A stretch of 64,000 bases of DNA from assembly GCF_009914755.1 (NCBI RefSeq), contig NC_060930.1; one strand, written 5' to 3'. Every line of letters starts with the position of its first letter. The stretch's first letter is position 1. Both the position numbers and the translations under genes were made by a program. Source of the stretch: the human T2T-CHM13v2.0 reference genome, Homo sapiens. The notes under the pieces were generated by a model. The model was not told where the DNA came from, did not search any database, and saw only the letters and a list, made by a program, of their open reading frames with translations. Of the stretch, positions 55,996 to 64,000 are shown in pieces.

Positions 55996-56275
55996 CACAG
56001 AAAGAAACGAAGAACAAGAGAAAGGATGGCTACACGGGTAAATCTAAAAGAATACTTGGTTGTCAATAATGACTGATATTTTGTGAGGTCTTATATATAT
56101 TTAGAATTAAATCCTGCACAAAAGGCAGGATTGAAGGTAAATAGAGTCAAACTTTTTGGGGTCTGTGCATTGTCCAGGAATAGACAGATGTGCAACTTTA
56201 TATTCAATTTTAATAAGGTAGTGCTATTGTCATCTCTTGGTCCTTGGATAACCAGTAAAGGAAGGTATAACTTAA

Positions 56276-56588
<313 letters not shown>

Positions 56589-58205
56589 TGAATAATTTTT
56601 AAATACATAAATAATCCAAAAAATGGGCAAGCAAGGAGAAGAAAAGGAACATAAAACAAGTGAGATAAATAGAAAATAAATTTTAAGATGATAGATCTAA
56701 GTTCCAAGAGTGTCATTTGAGAAATCCATAGCTCAGAAATTTAAGGTAAGTTGCCTACAATCACAGGGCTTATGAGAGCAGACAGCAATTCTGAATCCCA
56801 GTCTCTCTTAACCAAAGCTCATTGTGCCCAAGCCCCAGCCGCCTCTAGGGTGCTCCCTGAGCTCCTCCACGGTCACCTGGGCTCTCCTGGTAATGGCCCC
56901 CCTTTGCTGCCAAGCCACCCACACCTCCTGGATCAGTTTCAGCTTGATGGGAAGTTCTTTGTTTCTATAACTGCATGTTGTGGTCATGTACAGGTGTGTC
57001 TGCTAAGATTTATGACCATAAGCAAACGTCTGTTGCTGAGCTCTTCTGTAGTGGCAGCTGAGGTGCTGCTTGGTGCAGCAGGGGAGCCCGGGGAACGCAT
57101 CTCACAGAAGAGTAAATTACACACCTGAAGTGAAAGAACCGTTCCCAGGCACAGACAGATCCATTTTGCACTCAGAAGCATCCCACGCACAGCTGTGAAT
57201 ACTTGCATTAGTGCCAATTAATGTAAGGTGGTACCAACTCAGAGAGGCCCTGAATTTGCTCTAGGGGATAAAAATGGAGGTGGGGGAGGTGAGGAAGGAG
57301 AAAGGAAAAATAGAGTTTTCCCTGCTAAATGGAAACATCTCTAGGAGAGTCCAGCAGCTGGATGACTTGGTTAAGAAGGAGTGACCTGCCCACTTTCTTC
57401 AATTAGACATTTTACTTTCCCCAGCTAAACCACAACAACAAACAGAAAGACGGGGACAAGGAATGGTTTAGAAGCAGGATCACTGATGTTGCAGAAAGGA
57501 GCACCGTGAATCAGGACCTCTCACCACGCATGCCTCATGGGGTTCAGAGCATTTCAGCCCAAATGAAAATGAGGCAGCAGCTAAAAATTCCAACACTGCC
57601 TTCCCCTCCCACCCACATCCAGGCCCACGTGTGAGGCGAGGCAATTCAGGTATGGTATTACAAACAAGCCCCTCATAACTCTTCATTTTTAAAATCATAA
57701 TATGTTGATTTTTATGTTTTTCAACAGTTTTCATACTCTGTCTGTAGCAGGACCTTCCCACTGCCTTGATACCCTTCACTGTGCTTCAATTTATTGTGTT
57801 TTTAGATGAAATTCATGACCATTGGTGCCTTCACCGCCACAGAAAATGAGACGTAAAGGAGTAGGCCACACCCACCTGAGCTTTCCCTCCCCTCACAACA
57901 TCCTGGCCACTGGAGAGATTTGCTGTTCAATTCAACAACACATGTTGAAACCTATGCTGTCCCAGACTCTGCTGGGAGTTGAGACTGCGGAGATGACTAA
58001 GACCTGGCCCCCATCCTCAAGCAGCTCTCAGTGCAGGGACGGAGAAACACCTGTAAGCGGACTCTGCAGTGGTAAGGAAGGTACAACTCCCAGGGGGCTA
58101 CCCCATTCAGAGACAGTCTCAGAGAATGCTGAGCACCAGCCCTGATCACCGCCAACAACTCATCCCTAGAGGTGAACACATTTTCCTATGAAAAAACAAC
58201 TCATC

Positions 58206-59348
58206 CAAATGGGATCACATCAAGTTAAAAAGCTTCTCCACAGCAAAGGAAACAATGAACAAAGTGAAGAGACAACCCACACAATGGGAGAAAATGTTTG
58301 CAAATTATCCATCTGACCAGGGATTAATAACCAGAATATACAAGGAGCTCAAACAACTCTATAGGAAAATATCTAGTCATCCAATTTAAAAATTGGCAAA
58401 AGATCTGAATAGACATCTCCCAAAAGAAGACATACAAATGGCAAACGGGCATGTGAAAAGGTGCTCAACGTCACTGATCATCAGAGAAATGCAAATCACA
58501 ACTACAATGAGATGTCATCTTACCCTTGTTAAAATGGCTTTTATCCAGAAGACAGGCAATAACAAATGCTGGTGAGATGTGGAGAAAAGGGAACCCTCCT
58601 ACACTGTTGGTGGGAATGTAAATTAGTAGAGTCACTATGGAGAACTGTTTGGAGGTTCCTCAAAAAACTAAAAGTAGAGCTATCATATGATCCAGCAATC
58701 CCACTGCTGGATATATACCCAAAAGAAAGGAAATCAGTTTATCAAAGAGGTACCTGCACTCCCATGTTTATTGCAGCACTGTTCACAATAGCCAAGATCT
58801 GGAAGCAACCCAAGTGTCCATCAACAAATTAATGGATGAAGAAAATATAGTACATATACACAATGGAGTACTATTCAGCCATAGAAAAGAATGAGATTCT
58901 GTCTTTTGCAACATGGTGGAACTAGAGATCATTATGTTATGTGAAATAAAACAGGCACAGAAAGACAAACTTCTCGTGTTCTCACTTATTTGTGGGAGCT
59001 AAAAAAACAGTTGAATTCATGAAGATAGAGAGTAGAAAGATGGTTACCAGAGGCTGGGAAGGGTAATAAGGGGGTGAGGGGAAGGGAGGATGGTTAATGG
59101 GTACAAAAAAGTAGTTAGAATAACTTAGTAGATAGCATAACAGGATAACTAGAGTCAATAATAATTGTAGATTTTAAAATAACTAAGATGGCATAAATTG
59201 GATTGTTTGTAAAACAAAGGATAAATGCTTGAGGTGATCAATACCTCATTTATCCTGATGTGATGACACATTATACACCTGTATCAAAAATCTCATATGC
59301 TCAATAAATATATACCCCCAGTATGTTCCCACAAAAATTAAACATTAA
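58206..59348 (+). mobile_element. 5'-truncated L1 (L1MA/L1PB-type): ORF2 C-terminus + 3'UTR
   Basis: ORF2 peptides [26 protein letters not shown] and [33 protein letters not shown], frameshifted; 15-bp TSD aaaaaacaactcatc at 58191 and 59349. Confidence 0.95.
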
Positions 59349-59399
59349 AAAAAACAACTCATCTATTCCTCTTTATGCCTCCATCAGAAACCATTTCAA

Positions 59400-59730
59400 A
59401 CAGCAACTAGAACTCTCACACACTGCCTGGGGGAAGACAAAATGGTACCACCAATTTGCAGAACTGTTCTGCAGTTTCTTAAAGGTAGATATACATTTAC
59501 CACGTGGCCCAGCAATTCTCCTAGGTTTTTACCCAACAGAAATGAAAACTTATGGCCACACAAACATCTATAGTTAAGTGTTTATAGCAGCTGTGTTCAT
59601 CGTAGCTCAAACTGGAAACAAGTCAAATGTTTAGCAATCATTGATAAGTCAGATTGTGGTACATTCATAAAATAAAATAATATTCATGTATGAAGAGAAG
59701 AAACTACTGATACACACAACATAGATGAAA
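59400..59730 (+). mobile_element. Old L1M 3' fragment
   Basis: ccagcaattctcctaggtttttacccaacagaaatgaaaact..gtttatagcagct..actggaaacaa. Confidence 0.7.
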
Positions 59731-60053
59731 AAAGACACATACACACACAATTTTGAGAAAAAAATTATTAAAGTGCATCAGCCTTTCTAGATTTGAAATA
59801 TTTTTGGAATTCAAAAACTATATGAATATTTTAGAGTTTGTTCCTGAATGCTGAAACCAAGAAAGTTTTTTTTTTGGTAACAAGAATAGTAACAGAGTAA
59901 TGACCAATAATGCAGGTAAATTCAATTGGATCATGGGCCAGCCCACGTTTACTTTATGATTGATGTTATTGATATTGTTTTTCTAAAAACTATGATAGGC
60001 TCACAAGCTGATATGGTCATTTTAGGGAGGCTAGACCACTGCCTTCCTGATTA

Positions 60054-60597
60054 TGTTACCTAATTAAGGGTTCCAGTCGTGAGGTGTCCAGGTTCTTGGT
60101 GTGTTCAACAAAGAATTGAACGACACACAAACGAGTGGTGAAGAAGTGGATTTATTAGAGCAGAAAGCAGGGAAGGAGCAAAAGCAAAAGTACACTCCAC
60201 AAGATGAGAGCAGGCTCTAGCAATTGGCTCAAGAGCCCTGGTAGCAAAGTCTTTGGAAGCTTAAGTACTCCCTAGAGGTTTCTCGTTGCTTACACCCTAT
60301 GTAAATGAAGGACTGGCTCGCAGCCAACTAGAGGCTGAGGTGAATTGGCCCATGGCCAATCCAAGACTGATGTAGTTTGGTGCCTTATGCAAAGGAAGGT
60401 CCTAGAATGAACCAATCATTGGCCAGAGTGCAGATTTGGCCTGTGGTCAATCAGAGGCCGATGTGGTTTGGCATCTTATGCAAATGAAGGTCCTGGAATG
60501 GGCCAATCATAGGTCAGTGTGCAGACTCCTCAGCTCCAGGGAGCCTGTCCAAGTCGTCCTTAGATTCCCTGTCTCCAGACCCTATTCCCCTGCCTCA
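60054..60597 (-). mobile_element. MER51-family (ERV1) solo LTR
   Basis: Reverse complement begins TGAGGCAGGGGAATAGGGTCTGGAGACAGGGAATCTAAGG and ends ..TAACA; 4-bp TSD atta / gtta; CCAAT/octamer repeats. Confidence 0.85.
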
Positions 60598-61604
60598 GTT
60601 ACACAAATAAAATGAATTCATGTTACAGTATTAATATAATACTAATTCTGAGAATTTCAGAAATAGCCCAAATTAGGGTTGACTTCTAGGTCTTTGCCTC
60701 TGTAAATACATGTGATATCAATGACAGTAAAGTATCAAGGCATCAGAAGACCTTGACCAAAGACTTTTACCTCCCTTTTTTCTGTAATCAATAGATTCAA
60801 GCAAAAGTCAACCCACACTACTGAAATATGAATTTTTTTTCAAATATCTGAATAGTCCTGGATTATTCAGCTGACACAGCCTACTTGGATTATTCAGCTT
60901 ACAGACACAGAGGAGTTTTCCATGGACTTGGCCTAAAAGTATCCAGGTGGGGAGAGAGATGGGAGGTTCTAGTTCCTTTTATTCCCCCTTTGGGGAAGAG
61001 ACAGGAGATTAGGGCTTTTAATTATTTGAGATGCTGTTGGGCAGGTGACTCCCTGCATTTCAACTAAATCATAAAACAACAAACTAGTAAATTTCCCAAA
61101 AAAAGAGATATTTTGAAGAAGTAAATGTTCTGATGTGACTATTCTCCCATGTTGCAAGATTTAAGTATCTTTGGAAAATGGATTCATAGATCTTGGTGTA
61201 ATTGGAATAAGAATAGTGACTAATTTCTTTGCTCTCAAAAGAACCCCAAAAAGAATTGTGACCCAGTAATAGCAGATGATCTTGAGAATTTTTCAGGGAT
61301 CCCCAATAACATCAACTAATTGAATTTAAAAAAAAAAGAAAGAAAGAAAGAATACACAGGGTAACAGGAAACAACTAACTCCTAATTCTAGGAGTTTTAG
61401 GCACATTTACAGCCTGGCAGCTTTGGGATTGAGAATAAGACATTTAAAACCCCACCACATAAACTGAAAAACATACATTCATTTTTATCTTATAACCTCA
61501 CCTCATGTGACTGCCCAGATATGAATTTGTTAGTGCTCAACTCTTGATAAGTCCCTAACTTCTTTTGTTTCAGTTTCCTCCACTACAGAAGATTTGTAAC
61601 AGAT

Positions 61605-61765
61605 CAGTGTTTCTCAAATGTTAATAAGCATCAAAACCACCTGGGAGGTTGTATTAAATGCACACTCCTGGGCTTCCACCCAGGTAACTGGATTTATTAG
61701 TTTAAGGATGGAGCCCAGAAATTGGTCTTTTATGCTGTCTCCTTAGGTGATAGATCTGAAACACA
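61605..61765. mobile_element. MER5-like MITE
   Basis: cagtgtttctcaaa..gcatcaaaaccacctgggagg..ggatggagcccagaaatt. Confidence 0.7.
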
Positions 61766-62180
61766 CTCAACCAAATGATATTTTATATTTATCCCAGCTC
61801 TAACAGTTTATGATAAGCCATTTAAAAGTGAGGCTCGAGTTGGAAGTGGTATCACTAAAGCTATCAACACTTGAATGAGAACAAAACAAAGAAATGAAAG
61901 TTTCAGGAAAAGGTCTTTGAGGTCATAGCCAGAAATATTCTGGTTAATTTTTCATCACTACATTTAAACAACTAGACAACTTAAAATTACATTACTTTAA
62001 GTGTCATCATATCCAATCTTCACAGGTAAAAGATTTACTTTTAAACAGAAAATCTACATTTAACCATAGGGATGAAAAACAACACCTTTTCTGCAGTTGA
62101 TTTCCTGGAAAATGTGCATTTTTTTACATTAGATATTTAACATAGAATAAATACCAGGACCAACTTTTAAAATATGTGGA

Positions 62181-62425
62181 AGCTGGGCATGTTGGCTCAT
62201 GCCTGTAATCCCAACAACTCAGGAGGCTGAAGCGGAACGATCACTAGAGCCCAAGAGCTCAAGGCTTCAGTGAGCTATGATTGTGCCACTGCACTCTGGC
62301 CTGGGAACAGAATGAGATCTGCCCGTCTCAAAGAGAGAGAAGAGAGAAAGAAAGACAAGAAGAGAGAGAAAAGGAGGGAGGGAGGAAGGAAGGGAGGAAG
62401 GAAGGAAAAAAGAAAGGGAAAAGAA
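62181..62425 (+). mobile_element. Alu monomer (FRAM-like) with purine-rich (GA/GGAA) tail
   Basis: Single arm 62181-62332, then an almost pure A/G tract to ~62425. Confidence 0.85.
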
Positions 62426-63069
62426 GGTTACAGTGTGGTTTAAGAGCACCAAGAATTGCATTGATCATCTTCAGTGCCCAGAGACTACCCAGACTTACTG
62501 AAACTTGAAATTCCACAATGGAAGTTCTATTCCTTTCTTTTTAATCCATGCCCATGACTCTAGCTGAGTTTTTAAAGTCCATGAGGAAGGTAATCTATTA
62601 AACCTGGGGTGGTAATAAGCGGCTCCTAAGCGCCCAATTCCCCAGGCCCCATCCATGTAGACATTGATAATTGATCACAGCACTCTTTCCTCTAAGCCAA
62701 GATGAGGCTTCAATTCAATGCTCAGGGCAGCCCCTTTCATTTGTCTGGAGTTGCCCTAAATTTTATGTCACTTACAATATTCGATAAACATTTATTGTTG
62801 TTGACTATGTGCCAAGCAGAACGCTCAGATGATCACCTAAGAAGAGAATAAGGAAGTGTAGAAATATATACCAAAAGGCACCAATGACAAGCTCTGTCCT
62901 ACTTTTTTGTCCTCTGGTGTTGCCAAGAGTCGGCCAGAGTAAAGAGGCAGCTTGTGCCCATTTTTGGTAGAAAAACAAATACATAAATTATACTATATCC
63001 ACAGAGTGAAATAACACCCAGCAGTAAAAACTCACCACAGCTACTTGTTATAAGATGAATGAATCTTAC

Positions 63070-63499
<430 letters not shown>

Positions 63500-63633
63500 T
63501 CACTTTCAATGTTCTATCAATTGGGTTGGGTGGTGAATCTTCAGATATCCATTATTTTACAATAAACAATAAAAGCTGTGCATGGATCAATAATGAGAAT
63601 GTGCCATAAAGCCAGGATTGTGGCTAATCAAAT

Positions 63634-63656
63634 CCCCCACCCCCCCACCCCCACCC
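63634..63656 (-). other. G-quadruplex-forming motif
   Basis: Plus strand C5-A-C7-A-C5-A-C3, i.e. four G runs with 1-nt loops on the minus strand. Confidence 0.7.
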
Positions 63657-64000
63657 ACTGAGGTCCATTCTTGGGGAGAAAAGACATATTGTAGCAACTT
63701 TGTTAAGAAAGCCAGACTAAGGATCATAAAAGCTACTGCCTACATGCTCCTTGAACCAAACCTCAGGAATCCACCTCACCACAAGAATTCATAAGATAGA
63801 CTTTTACAGACAAAGAGCATTGCAGAAAGGGCAATGCATGAAGTTCAAGTTACTGGTATGAAAAAAATCCTAGAAGCCAAAAAGTCTTCGGCCAATATGA
63901 TGAACTAATTCATGTTACTGATATTTTCTTTACTTTTGAAAGGAAGTTTGGAATACCCTAAGGAGCACTTTAGTTCTGAAATTGCTAGAGTAAATAAAAG

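Noticed and set aside
58393-58832. L1 ORF2 peptides as active CDS
   Set aside because: 5'-truncated, frameshifted, with stop codons.

Overview
Primate, almost certainly human, nuclear DNA (a near-consensus AluYa5 is present). I find no supportable protein-coding gene. The listed ORFs are short, and most come from Alu, L1, LTR or low-complexity sequence. Much of the window is interspersed repeat: about 21 Alu/FLAM pieces, many L1 fragments, L2/MIR, MaLR, MER21 and MER51 LTRs, and hAT DNA-transposon relics. The standout non-repeat element is a 218-bp nuclear copy of mitochondrial DNA (NUMT, 22098-22315, minus strand) covering the 16S rRNA 3' end, a full-length tRNA-Leu(UUR) and the first 24 codons of ND1. 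Its tRNA keeps an intact cloverleaf, but the anticodon has changed from TAA to TAC (Val). Its right junction carries a cascade of templated inverted repeats. Also present: a consensus CTCF site (38853), a 5x47-bp minisatellite grown inside an L2, tandem Alus sharing a triplicated target site, and weak evidence for a minus-strand spliced non-coding transcript. Repeat subfamily names and mtDNA comparisons are from recalled consensus sequences, not from a database search. I found no multi-gene novel system.
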